Source: a bacterium UBA2214 (GTDB lineage: Bacteria; Zhuqueibacterota; Zhuqueibacteria; Residuimicrobiales; Residuimicrobiaceae). From it: DNA of 47,236 nt. Shown here one piece after another: positions 26,491 through 35,491 of the stretch. Location of the stretch: positions 53,061 through 100,296 of the forward strand of contig DCUM01000069.1 in assembly GCA_002327255.1 (NCBI GenBank). The letters run 5' to 3'. Made by a program: the position numbers and the translations under genes. Every line of letters begins with the position of its first letter. The first letter of the stretch is position 1. Below the pieces are notes generated by a model. The model was not told where the DNA came from, did no database searches, and saw only the letters and a list, made by a program, of their open reading frames with translations.

Positions 26491-29379
26491 TTGGAACGAA
26501 AAGATTCGGCCCATGGCTCGGCAGCGATGGCCTATTTTGCCATTGTTTTCATCGTCTTCACGGGGGGGATAGCCATTGCGCAGAATTCGGCGCTCCTTCC
26601 CCTCGCTGATGTATTGAAGCCGGATGGCTCGCTCGAAATCTCCCGGCAAGCCAATATCGCTCTGGATCCCACCGGTTACGAAATGGCATTGGACGATCAA
26701 GGCAGGCCCCGATTCCGTCCGGCCCGCGATGGCAGTCCCGCCACCCTTGATGTGATCGAAAAATGGAGCACGCAATACTGCTACTCCGGCGCCAACAACC
26801 TCATCACCGCCCTTGCCGTCTTTAATGGCGAACTCTATGTCGGCGGCTATTTCACCTCCATTGGACCCATTTTCGCCAACTATATCGCTCGCTGGAACGG
26901 CTCGACCTGGTCGGCATTGGGAGATGGTCTGGATGGCGCCGTGCACGCGATCGTGGTCAGCAGCACCGCCGTCATTGTCGGCGGCGATTTCATCTATGCC
27001 GATAACGTCTTTTGCCGGCGCATCGCGCGCTGGGATGGCACGATGTGGTCCGCCCTGGGCAACGGTTTCAATGGCCGGGTGCGCGCCCTGGCTCTGGCAG
27101 GCGGCCTGCTCTACGCCGGCGGCAACTTTACCCTTTCAGGCGCCACACCCATCAGCTATATCGCCATCTGGAACGGCTCGGCATGGAGCCAGCCTCTGAA
27201 CGGCGTCGATGCGCCGGTTCATGCCATGGCTGTCAACGGCAGCGAAGTCTATATCGGCGGAGAGTTTGTTTACGTGAACACCAGTCTGCTGGTCAATCGT
27301 GTCGCCCGCTGGTCCGGCAACTCGTGGTACACGCTGGGAAACGGCTGCAACAACATCGTCCGTGCCCTCTCCTATAATAACGGCGTCCTCTATGCTGGCG
27401 GTGATTTCATCACGGCGGGCGGGGTCACGGTCAACCGCGTCGCCCGCTGGTCCGGCACCGCCTGGTCCGGCATCGGAACAGGCGCTGACGACCGTGTCAA
27501 TGCCATTTACCACGACGGCACCATGCTTTACATCGGCGGCCATTTCTCCACCGTCGATGGTATCTCCGCCTACCGCCTGGCGCGCTGGAATGGCGCAACG
27601 TGGTCCGCCGTCGGTTCCGGCATCAACTCCTATGTCTATGCTCTTACGGCGTATGCCGGCAATCTCTATATCGGCGGTGATATTTTTGTCGCCGGCGGAA
27701 AATGTGCCAACAATATTGCGCGCTGGGATGGCAGTGATTATTATGCGCTCTACACCGGCCACGGCTTTCGCGGCAAGGTTTACGCCATCCTGGTGGATGG
27801 CGGAGATGTCTACGTCGGCGGCGCCTTTTCGCAGGCGGGTGGCGTCATGGCCAACAATGTCGTGAAATTTAACGGCACGACCTGGAGTGCGCTCGGCAAT
27901 GGCATTGCCGGCAGCGTTTATGCGCTGGCCAGTGACGGTTCCAACATCTATGCCGGCGGTCGCTTTTCCGCTGCGGGAAGCGTTTCCGCCAACAATGTCG
28001 CCAAATGGAACGGCAGCGCCTGGTCGGCGCTGGGCGCCGGCGTCAGCAACGGCGCCACCAACAGCGGCACCGTCTATGCCCTGGTGTGGGACAGCGCCAA
28101 TCTCATCGCGGGAGGTGAATTCAACAGCGCCGGCGCGGTGACGGCCTACCGCGTCGCCCAGTGGAACGGCTCGGCCTGGAGCAGCATGGGACTCGGCATG
28201 GACAATACGGTTTACACGCTGACCGTTTATGGAACCGTCATCTGCGCCGGCGGCAAATTCAAGTACACCCAGGGCGGCGGTTTCTGGCTGAACTATACAG
28301 CCAAATGGGAAAGCGGCGCCTGGAGCGCCATGGGCACCGGCATGGACAGCACCGTATATGTCCTGGTGGCCACCCCCAGCAGCGGCCTCTACGCAGGCGG
28401 AAATTTCACCAAAGCGAACGGCAACACCGCCAACCGCCTTGCCCATTGGAATGGCGGCGTCTGGACAGCCGTCAGCACAGGTGCGAATGCCACCATCCGT
28501 GCAATATCGGTCGTAGGCTCGGATATCTATATCGGCGGAGATTTCACCCAGGTCGGATCCAGCCTCGCCGCCAATCGCTTTGCCAAGTGGGATGGTTCCT
28601 CCTGGTCCACCCGGGGCAATGGCCTCAATGGCCCCGTCTATGCCATACAAGGCGGCGATCTCTACATCGGCGGCGCCTTCACCGCCGCGGGCAGCAGACC
28701 CTCTTTTTATTTCGCCCAATGGCTCGACAACTTTTATGTGCTGCTCGAAGCCAAAGTCCTCCTCCAGGGCGCCTACGTTCTCAGCGGCGGACACATGACC
28801 GCCGCACTGAAAACAGGCGGCCATCTGCCCGTGACTGCGCCCTATCTGGACCACCGCGTCATCGACACGGTACCGGCGGATATCACGGACTGGATTCTCG
28901 CCGAGTTCAGGGATAGCGGCGGCAACGTCATGATGTGGAAGAGCATCCTCCTCCACAAGGACGGCCGCCTGGTGGATGACGACGGTGTCACCGGCCAGGT
29001 GATCATCGAAGGCCTGGCGGAAGGCTCCTATTACCTGCTCCTGCGCCATCGCAATCACATCGCCGTGATGAGCGCCGCCATGCTGACGCTCAGCCGCACC
29101 AGCACCACCCTGTATGATTTCACCACCGCAGCGGCGTCCTGCTATGGCAGCGGCGGATGCGTCGAACTTGAACCGGGATACTGGGGCATGTGGGCGGGCG
29201 ACATCAACCAGGATCATATTATCAGCACGCGCGACTATTACGCCTGGTATCGTTCCAATTTTCGCGCCGAATCGGGCTATCGCATCGCCGACGTCGATCT
29301 CAATGGCTCGGTGGGTATCAGCGATTATAATCTGTGGCGAACCAATGCGTTGATCAATGCGCAGGGTTCATTGCCATAA
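26491..29379 (+). CDS. Secreted beta-propeller repeat protein (14 repeats) with C-terminal dockerin/EF-hand-like calcium-binding motifs
   Basis: TTG start just after AGGAGG, and a signal peptide. 14 repeats of V-x-AL...LY-x-GG-x-F...A-x-W[ND]G-x-x-W. C-terminal GDINQDHIISTRD and ADVDLNGSVGISD motifs. Confidence 0.85.
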   Translation: MERKDSAHGSAAMAYFAIVFIVFTGGIAIAQNSALLPLADVLKPDGSLEISRQANIALDPTGYEMALDDQGRPRFRPARDGSPATLDVIEKWSTQYCYSGANNLITALAVFNGELYVGGYFTSIGPIFANYIARWNGSTWSALGDGLDGAVHAIVVSSTAVIVGGDFIYADNVFCRRIARWDGTMWSALGNGFNGRVRALALAGGLLYAGGNFTLSGATPISYIAIWNGSAWSQPLNGVDAPVHAMAVNGSEVYIGGEFVYVNTSLLVNRVARWSGNSWYTLGNGCNNIVRALSYNNGVLYAGGDFITAGGVTVNRVARWSGTAWSGIGTGADDRVNAIYHDGTMLYIGGHFSTVDGISAYRLARWNGATWSAVGSGINSYVYALTAYAGNLYIGGDIFVAGGKCANNIARWDGSDYYALYTGHGFRGKVYAILVDGGDVYVGGAFSQAGGVMANNVVKFNGTTWSALGNGIAGSVYALASDGSNIYAGGRFSAAGSVSANNVAKWNGSAWSALGAGVSNGATNSGTVYALVWDSANLIAGGEFNSAGAVTAYRVAQWNGSAWSSMGLGMDNTVYTLTVYGTVICAGGKFKYTQGGGFWLNYTAKWESGAWSAMGTGMDSTVYVLVATPSSGLYAGGNFTKANGNTANRLAHWNGGVWTAVSTGANATIRAISVVGSDIYIGGDFTQVGSSLAANRFAKWDGSSWSTRGNGLNGPVYAIQGGDLYIGGAFTAAGSRPSFYFAQWLDNFYVLLEAKVLLQGAYVLSGGHMTAALKTGGHLPVTAPYLDHRVIDTVPADITDWILAEFRDSGGNVMMWKSILLHKDGRLVDDDGVTGQVIIEGLAEGSYYLLLRHRNHIAVMSAAMLTLSRTSTTLYDFTTAAASCYGSGGCVELEPGYWGMWAGDINQDHIISTRDYYAWYRSNFRAESGYRIADVDLNGSVGISDYNLWRTNALINAQGSLP

Positions 29380-29403
29380 ACGGTAACGAAAGATCATGAG
29401 ACG

Positions 29404-29434
29404 AGGGGTGCGTTTGCGAACGCACCCTTTTTTT
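29404..29434 (+). terminator. Rho-independent terminator
   Basis: GGGTGCGTT-TGCG-AACGCACCC followed by T7. Confidence 0.88.
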
Positions 29435-29492
29435 GCCCAATCGTCAACGCAATATCAGCACGCCGCAGTGCAACCCTTTCCGGGAGACACCT

Positions 29493-29753
29493 CTGCGCAA
29501 CAATATCTGCCGCTGGTGCGAAGGCCCCCTCGTGCCCGGCCAAAAAGGCTTTTGCAGTCCCGAGTGTCACGATCTCGTGCATACCTTCGGCAAACCCCGG
29601 ATGGCCGGGGATATGCTCGGTTATGACTATTCCAGTTACGATCCCGAAGACGACAAATATGGTGGTGTCGATGAGGAAGAAACAGGCGAGATCATCGATC
29701 CGGAGGAAGAATGGATTAAATTAAAAATGTTACGGCTGTTCATACCGTTTTGA
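29493..29753 (+). CDS. Small hypothetical protein with C4 zinc-finger-like motif and acidic tail (start uncertain)
   Basis: CRWC-x11-CSPEC (GFCSPEC) and an acidic EDDKY...DEEE...EEEW stretch. A GGGAG sequence precedes the in-frame CTG at 29493, while the track's TTG start (29433) lies in the terminator T-tract. Confidence 0.4.
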   Translation: MRNNICRWCEGPLVPGQKGFCSPECHDLVHTFGKPRMAGDMLGYDYSSYDPEDDKYGGVDEEETGEIIDPEEEWIKLKMLRLFIPF

Positions 29754-29906
29754 TCCGTGAGTCATGCTGATTCCGTTCCCCAAAAATTTCATGCCTGATC
29801 ATTTTTCGGTTGCCGAAAACCTCAGGTTTGTGTACCTTGGAAGGCAAACCGGGCGCCTGCCCCCCTGGGCGCCAACACCTGAAACCTCCAGGAGGAGTTC
29901 CCACTG

Positions 29907-30503
29907 ATGAGCGATCACTGGCCCGACCGCGATACCCTGCATCGCGCTCCGTTACAAAAAAACACGGGCGTTTCACCCCATGGCAGAACGGCACAACGCC
30001 TGATCACAACCACAACCTTTCCCACGCCATTGGGAGCAATGCTGGCCGCGGCGACGGAATCCGGCCTCTGTCTGATGGATTTTGTCGACCGGCGCTTGAT
30101 GGAGACGCAGCTGTTGCGATTGCAGCAGCTGCTCCATGCCGAACTCATCCCCGGTGATCATCCCCTCTTTGAGCCCCTGGCACAGGAAATCCAGGAATAC
30201 TTTGCCGGCACCCGCCGCGTCTTCACCCTCCCCCTCGAAGTGCCGGGCACACCCTTTCAACAGCGCGTCTGGAAGGCGCTGCAGACAATACCCTATGGAG
30301 AGACGAAAAGTTACGGAGCGCAAGCCCTGGCCATCGGCCAACCCAACGCCATTCGCGCGGTGGCCCACGCCAACGGGCTCAATCGCATCGCCATCATCAT
30401 CCCGTGTCATCGCGTCATCGGCAAGAATGGGCAACTGGTGGGATACGGCGGCGGTTTGCAGCGCAAGCAGTTTCTGCTGGATCTGGAACGGAGAAATAAA
30501 TAG
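29907..30503 (+). CDS. ogt: Methylated-DNA--protein-cysteine S-methyltransferase (Ogt / Ada C-terminal half)
   Basis: TPLG, GTPFQQRVW, IPYGET.SY, RAVAHANG.N, IPCHRVIG and GYGGG; AGGAGG RBS. Confidence 0.9.
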   Translation: MSDHWPDRDTLHRAPLQKNTGVSPHGRTAQRLITTTTFPTPLGAMLAAATESGLCLMDFVDRRLMETQLLRLQQLLHAELIPGDHPLFEPLAQEIQEYFAGTRRVFTLPLEVPGTPFQQRVWKALQTIPYGETKSYGAQALAIGQPNAIRAVAHANGLNRIAIIIPCHRVIGKNGQLVGYGGGLQRKQFLLDLERRNK

Positions 30504-30802
30504 GGCCGCGACAGGCACGTCGGGGCCCCCATTTTGCCCTTGATGAGCGTCTCAGCGCCACCGTAAAAGTACCGCGCAACGCAGGCCTCAGCAGCGCCAC
30601 CGGCAAGCTATTTTTGAATCGCGTGCCGGGTTCCTTCCTGCACAGCCTCACACAGAACACAGCTTCTGTACCTTTGACAAGACCGTCACCGCCTGATGAT
30701 TTCGTTCACGCGATGAACCTTTGAGGCCATATCCCTGTACCAGCACCGCCTGACAGGCGGCGCAGCAGCCGGACCCGGCGATACCGAGCGCTCACCCGGC
30801 CC

Positions 30803-31744
30803 TCATTTGAATCGCAACGCATCCTCGGGACAGGCCTGAATGCACGCCCCGCAGGCGTGACAATCGGGGCGCGACTTTTTGCCCTCCAGGATCGACGGCA
30901 CGGTCGGACAGGGACTCTCCTTGACGCAGCGCATGCACATCGTGCACTTTTCCTTGTCAAGCCGCACGCGTAAAATCGAAACATGCTCGACCAGCCACGT
31001 CAGCAGTCCCACCGGACACACCAGATAGCAGAAGGGCCGGTAAATGAACAGCGCGGCCAAAAACGTCACCACAAAAGCGGGGATGACAGTCCATTCGAGG
31101 CTCCAGTGCAGAAATTCGAAGGGGTTCAGGTAAACGTAAATACTGAAACCAAGGCCATACAAAAAGGCGATAAAACCCAAAAAAATGACCATACGCAACG
31201 TGTTGCTCCAGCGGAAAGACAGTTTGCTGCGCCATTTCCCCGGCAGCGGGATGGCATGCAGCATCTCCTGGATGGCGCCGATCGGACAGTTCCAGCCGCA
31301 GAAGGATTTGTTGGCGACGAGCGTCAACAGCAAAATGAAGGCGAGGACTGAAAAAAAGACGATGGGGACGGCCCGGCCCATCTGATTGAACATGAAGGCT
31401 TTTTCGATGGTGCACATCGGACTGGGATGCATGTCCATACCATTGGCGAAATCACCCAGAGGCAGAAACGCGACGATACTGAAGGCGAAAAAGACCACCA
31501 CCATGGCGGCCAATCGCACCCATTTGCTCGCGGTGCGGGTCATCAGCAGCACCAGCCCGATGAACGCCAGGATGGCGCCCACCCAGACGCGGGGCAATCC
31601 CCACACCGTCCAGAATGTCAGCGCGCGTCGCGCTCCTTCCTCTTCTTCGGCGCCCAGGACGAGGGTGACAAGACCCGTGAATAAGAGTATGGCCATGAAC
31701 TGCAGCAGGCTGTGCAGGCGGGTACGCCAGTGGGAAAAATGCAT
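30803..31744 (-). CDS. Membrane polyferredoxin (NapH/MauN/YccM-like 4Fe-4S binding protein)
   Basis: Several TM helices, FCGWNCPIG and FCYLVCPVG, CTMCMRC...CP and CHACGAC...CP. Start at ATG 31744 after AGGAG. Confidence 0.85.
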   Translation of the reverse strand: MHFSHWRTRLHSLLQFMAILLFTGLVTLVLGAEEEEGARRALTFWTVWGLPRVWVGAILAFIGLVLLMTRTASKWVRLAAMVVVFFAFSIVAFLPLGDFANGMDMHPSPMCTIEKAFMFNQMGRAVPIVFFSVLAFILLLTLVANKSFCGWNCPIGAIQEMLHAIPLPGKWRSKLSFRWSNTLRMVIFLGFIAFLYGLGFSIYVYLNPFEFLHWSLEWTVIPAFVVTFLAALFIYRPFCYLVCPVGLLTWLVEHVSILRVRLDKEKCTMCMRCVKESPCPTVPSILEGKKSRPDCHACGACIQACPEDALRFK

Positions 31745-31878
31745 GGGAATCTCCTGATCGTTGATGAAAGGTTTGTCTGAATCGCTTCGTTTTCTTCGGA
31801 AGCTTCGCCGTTTATCCAATTACTGGGTTAGACCGTCCTGCCGTGTAAAACTTGTATATTTTTTCTTTTTGTTCAAAT

Positions 31879-32763
31879 TCATGGTTTGCGCGATGCAGCG
31901 ACGCGAAAGCCGATGAGCGGATAGGCGAACGAAGGGGCCTGGCCGGCGCGTTCGCTCAGGCGGCTGTAGGCCGGACCGTCCTCGAACGAGCCACCCCGCA
32001 GGGAGCGCGAGAATTCCATGGGCAGGCTGCTGAATTGTTTCCCCTTGGGCGGGGTCCTGCCGAGAAATTCTTCATAATGGTTGGCGCACCATTCCCAGAC
32101 ATTTCCGCTGACGTCGTACAAGCCCAATTTATTGGCATGGAAAGACCGCACTGGTGCGGTGAAGACGAAACCATCGTCATAGGCGTCGAAATAGAGCTTG
32201 AGCCTCAGGAGCGCAGCGGCACCAAGATCACCGACATTGCCGCCGCTGCTGTCGACCGGCAGGTCATTGCCCCAGGCGTAGCGAATCTTTTCACCTCTGT
32301 TGCGAGCGGCATATTCCCATTCGCTCTCGCTCGGAAGCCGCACGCCGGCCCACTCGCAAAATGCCTGCGCATCCAGCCAGCTCACATTGACCACCGGATG
32401 CGTGTCGTCCTGGGTAAATCCGGGATTTCGCCATCCGGCATCCGCAATCCTGTCAAATCGTTCACCATTCCAGGCCCAACCGAATCCTTCCTGCTCCGCC
32501 TGGGTTTGATAGCCCGTGGCAGCCACGAAACGTTTGAATTGTCCCACGGTGACCTCGGTCACACCGAGATAGAAGGTGCCGACCTTGACGGTCTGCACAG
32601 GCCCTTCGTCCGCGTCGCCATCGCCAAAGAGATCACCCATCTGATAACTGCCACCCGGAATTTTCACCAACTCCAGACCGGCTTCCGGACGTTGGCGTTT
32701 CTGGCAGGAAGTGACAAGACTGGCCACCAGGACCACCAGAACTGCGCAAATTATTTTTTGCAT
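31879..32763 (-). CDS. FGE-sulfatase (SUMF1/GldK-like) domain lipoprotein, probably not a formylglycine-generating enzyme
   Basis: Lipobox LVTSC, HPVVNVSW.DA, RLPSESEWEYAAR, GLYDVSGNVWEW, RGGSF and IGFR; the catalytic Cys pair after RGGS is absent. Confidence 0.85.
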   Translation of the reverse strand: MQKIICAVLVVLVASLVTSCQKRQRPEAGLELVKIPGGSYQMGDLFGDGDADEGPVQTVKVGTFYLGVTEVTVGQFKRFVAATGYQTQAEQEGFGWAWNGERFDRIADAGWRNPGFTQDDTHPVVNVSWLDAQAFCEWAGVRLPSESEWEYAARNRGEKIRYAWGNDLPVDSSGGNVGDLGAAALLRLKLYFDAYDDGFVFTAPVRSFHANKLGLYDVSGNVWEWCANHYEEFLGRTPPKGKQFSSLPMEFSRSLRGGSFEDGPAYSRLSERAGQAPSFAYPLIGFRVAASRKP

Positions 32764-32904
32764 TGCGATACCTCACGACTGATTGTTAAGCACCATAATG
32801 TACTATTTCCAAAGATGATTTTCAACTCTTTTGCAGAAAAAAAGGAATATCTGCACGCCAGCGTGTGTTCCTTTTGAGACGGCACACACCAACAAGAGGT
32901 TCCC

Positions 32905-33711
32905 ATGTCGCGCAACGTTCTCTTCTGGATTCTGGCAATCGTCATCACCTTGGCGTCTGCGGCTTATCAGCGTCTCACCGGTCCGACGCACCCCTTCCGC
33001 GGGAAAGTTGTTGTCTCCGGTCACACCGTTTCCTACAAACTGCCGCGCGCCCACATCATCGGCACGCCGGCAAACATCGAGATTCCGGTGCCTTCCTCAC
33101 TGATCGCTGCCGCGCTTCATTACCGCCGCCATAATTCCGATGACGTCTGGAGCTCCGCGGCCATGGAATATCAGGCCGGGGTGCTGGTGACAACCCTTCC
33201 GGAGCAGCCAAGCGGTGGCAAAATTCAGTATTATATCGAAATAAACGACATGCAAACCACGCAGCGCATTCCGTCTGCAGCGGTCATACTGAGCCGCTTT
33301 CGCGATGCCGTGCCCACTGCGGTGTTACTCCCGCACGTCCTCTTCATGTTCATGGCCATGCTGATGTCGACGCGCACGGGACTGCAGGCTCTGCTAAAAA
33401 ACGCCTCCCTCACCCGCTACACCTATTGGACCATCGCCACCATTTTTGTCGGCGGCATGATTTTTGGTCCCCTGGTGCAGAAATATGCCTTTGGCGTCTT
33501 TTGGACCGGCGTGCCGTTCGGCATGGATTTGACCGACAATAAAACCCTGATCTTTCTCCTGGTGTGGCTCGCCGCCGCGGTCAAAGTGCACCAGAATCGA
33601 CACGCAAGAGGCTGGGTGCTGGCTGCCGCCCTCATCACACTATTCGCTTTCCTGATCCCCCACAGCACGTTTGGAACCGAACTCGATTATCTCAAGACCG
33701 GACAACCCTGA
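32905..33711 (+). CDS. Hypothetical membrane protein
   Basis: GAGG RBS, N-terminal TM helix, a soluble beta-rich domain, then about 4 TM helices (QKYAFG..WTG.PFG.DLTDNKT). Confidence 0.75.
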   Translation: MSRNVLFWILAIVITLASAAYQRLTGPTHPFRGKVVVSGHTVSYKLPRAHIIGTPANIEIPVPSSLIAAALHYRRHNSDDVWSSAAMEYQAGVLVTTLPEQPSGGKIQYYIEINDMQTTQRIPSAAVILSRFRDAVPTAVLLPHVLFMFMAMLMSTRTGLQALLKNASLTRYTYWTIATIFVGGMIFGPLVQKYAFGVFWTGVPFGMDLTDNKTLIFLLVWLAAAVKVHQNRHARGWVLAAALITLFAFLIPHSTFGTELDYLKTGQP

Positions 33712-34048
33712 TTCAACACCCTGATCATTTCCCGGGCAGCGTTTCCTGCAACAAACGCTGCCTTTTTTTATGCGCCCGCCGAGTCAACTGCGGCATTGCC
33801 AGGCTCTCTTCCTTGCCGTGCGACTTTTGCGGCTTCTGATTCAGCGCTTTCCTGCCTGCAACACTCCTGTCACTATACGGTGACAAGCGTCGCCAAATCT
33901 TGACAGGCGTTGAGGTCATCACCGGGATCCCCGGATTTATCCTGCTTTAAACTATTGTTAATACTATTTAAAATCATCCGACTTTGCTGAAAAGTATGGC
34001 GCGCAGGTTGCAATAGGTTTCGGGCATGAGATATGACAAGGAGGTGAG

Positions 34049-35005
34049 TTGCCGTTCTCTGAATTTGCATCCGTCGATCTGGATATTTTGCTGACCGGTT
34101 CGCAACCGCCGCGCCGCGTTGGTCCGCGCATTCTGACTGTAGGCTCCGGCAGCCGTGGTGACGGAAAAACCGCGATTGCCTGGTTGCTGGCGCAGACATT
34201 GTCGAGACTGGGGCGCAAGACGGCTCTGATCGATGCCGATCTGAGTGCGGCAGGCATCTATGATCGTGTAAAAAACATGGACGCGGACAAATCCCTGCGA
34301 CTCTTCCTGCAGCGTCAGCAGGATATCAATATTCTCACCCAGGCCACCTTCAGCAAAAACCTTTTCCTCATCACCGGTTCTGCAGAGATCTCTAGGCATA
34401 ATCAGCTGGCCTTTGCAGCCAAGCAGAAGCTCCTCACGCAATTGCGCCGCCTCAAGGCGGACTGCGTTGTCATCGACGCGGGAGCGGGCAGCAGCTATTT
34501 CCACCTCGACCTGTTTCTGGCAGCGGATTTTCCCATCGTGGTGACGCAACCTTCCAGCGAGGCATTGCTGCAAGCCTATCAATTCATTCGCACCGGTTTT
34601 TTCCGCAAGTTGCAGCCGCTCGCCCGCCACTGGCGGGATTTATACGGCTATATCACGACCCTTGGGGATCTCGCGCCCAGGGGGGCCATCAAAACCGTTC
34701 CCGATTTTATGCGCACACATGATCTGACCCATGCACATGTGTGTGAAGTAGTCGGCAGCGGTTTGCACGCCTATCGTCCGGTGATCCTGGTCAATCAATC
34801 CGGCGCTGATCAGGAAATCGAAAAACGGCAGCTGTTATTGGTGTTGCTGGAAAAAATCATGGGCATCAAAGCGATAAACGGCGGCAAAATCCGTCCGGAT
34901 GAGCGTCTCGTCAAGGGGTTATCCCAGGGCAAACCGCAGCTGATGCTTGGCGGTGCAGCCGGAGAGGACATCGGCGAGATGGTGCGGAAATATTTGATGG
35001 TTTGA
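34049..35005 (+). CDS. MinD/FlhG(FleN)-like P-loop protein with degenerate Walker A
   Basis: AAGGAGG RBS before TTG. ILTVGSGSRGDGKT, TALIDADL, CVVIDAGAG and VVTQPS..AL..AY.FI. Confidence 0.78.
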   Translation: MPFSEFASVDLDILLTGSQPPRRVGPRILTVGSGSRGDGKTAIAWLLAQTLSRLGRKTALIDADLSAAGIYDRVKNMDADKSLRLFLQRQQDINILTQATFSKNLFLITGSAEISRHNQLAFAAKQKLLTQLRRLKADCVVIDAGAGSSYFHLDLFLAADFPIVVTQPSSEALLQAYQFIRTGFFRKLQPLARHWRDLYGYITTLGDLAPRGAIKTVPDFMRTHDLTHAHVCEVVGSGLHAYRPVILVNQSGADQEIEKRQLLLVLLEKIMGIKAINGGKIRPDERLVKGLSQGKPQLMLGGAAGEDIGEMVRKYLMV

Positions 35006-35013
35006 AGGAGACA

Positions 35014-35060
35014 GGAAGGGCCCGGCAGCATCGACTGCGGTCTTTTTCCATTTCTTTTTT
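35014..35060 (+). terminator. Possible intrinsic terminator
   Basis: Imperfect GGAAGGGCC..GCAG/CTGC..GGTCTTTTTCC hairpin followed by a T-rich tract. Confidence 0.35.
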
Positions 35061-35491
35061 ACTTCCCCAACCCTGATAAGCCGGAACCGTTGTAAGGCGG
35101 GCAGGCTGCTCACCCTGCACACTCGCTATTTTACGCCCAAAATGGCTGACGAGAAGCCCGAGGCCTCCTGCACCGAAGCCCCGGTGCACCGCGATGATCA
35201 CCAGCAGCCCCCCTTGACCGCGGCGGCAAAGAGATACAACACGCCGGGGCATCCGCGTGGAAAGGGAATGCCCGCCAGGATGTCACGCCCACCACAAGGG
35301 GCGAAGGAACTGGAAATTGCAAGGATTTGATTTTCCGGAAGAAACGACCGTTTTGCGGGGTCTGTCCATCTGACCGGTTCCTGACGCAGCCTCGAGGCGG
35401 CGCGGCCTGCCGGCATACTGTTCGGGGATGGAATAATCAGTTCAAGCGGTGTGCCGAAACGGCGTCGATGGCACAGGATGGGCCGGATGTA

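Noticed and set aside
27136-29217. 693-aa repetitive minus-strand ORF
   Set aside because: Its periodicity only mirrors the repeats of the plus-strand propeller gene
35142-35330. 62-aa ORF between the two MinD-like genes
   Set aside because: No RBS, no motif and low-information sequence; cannot be supported
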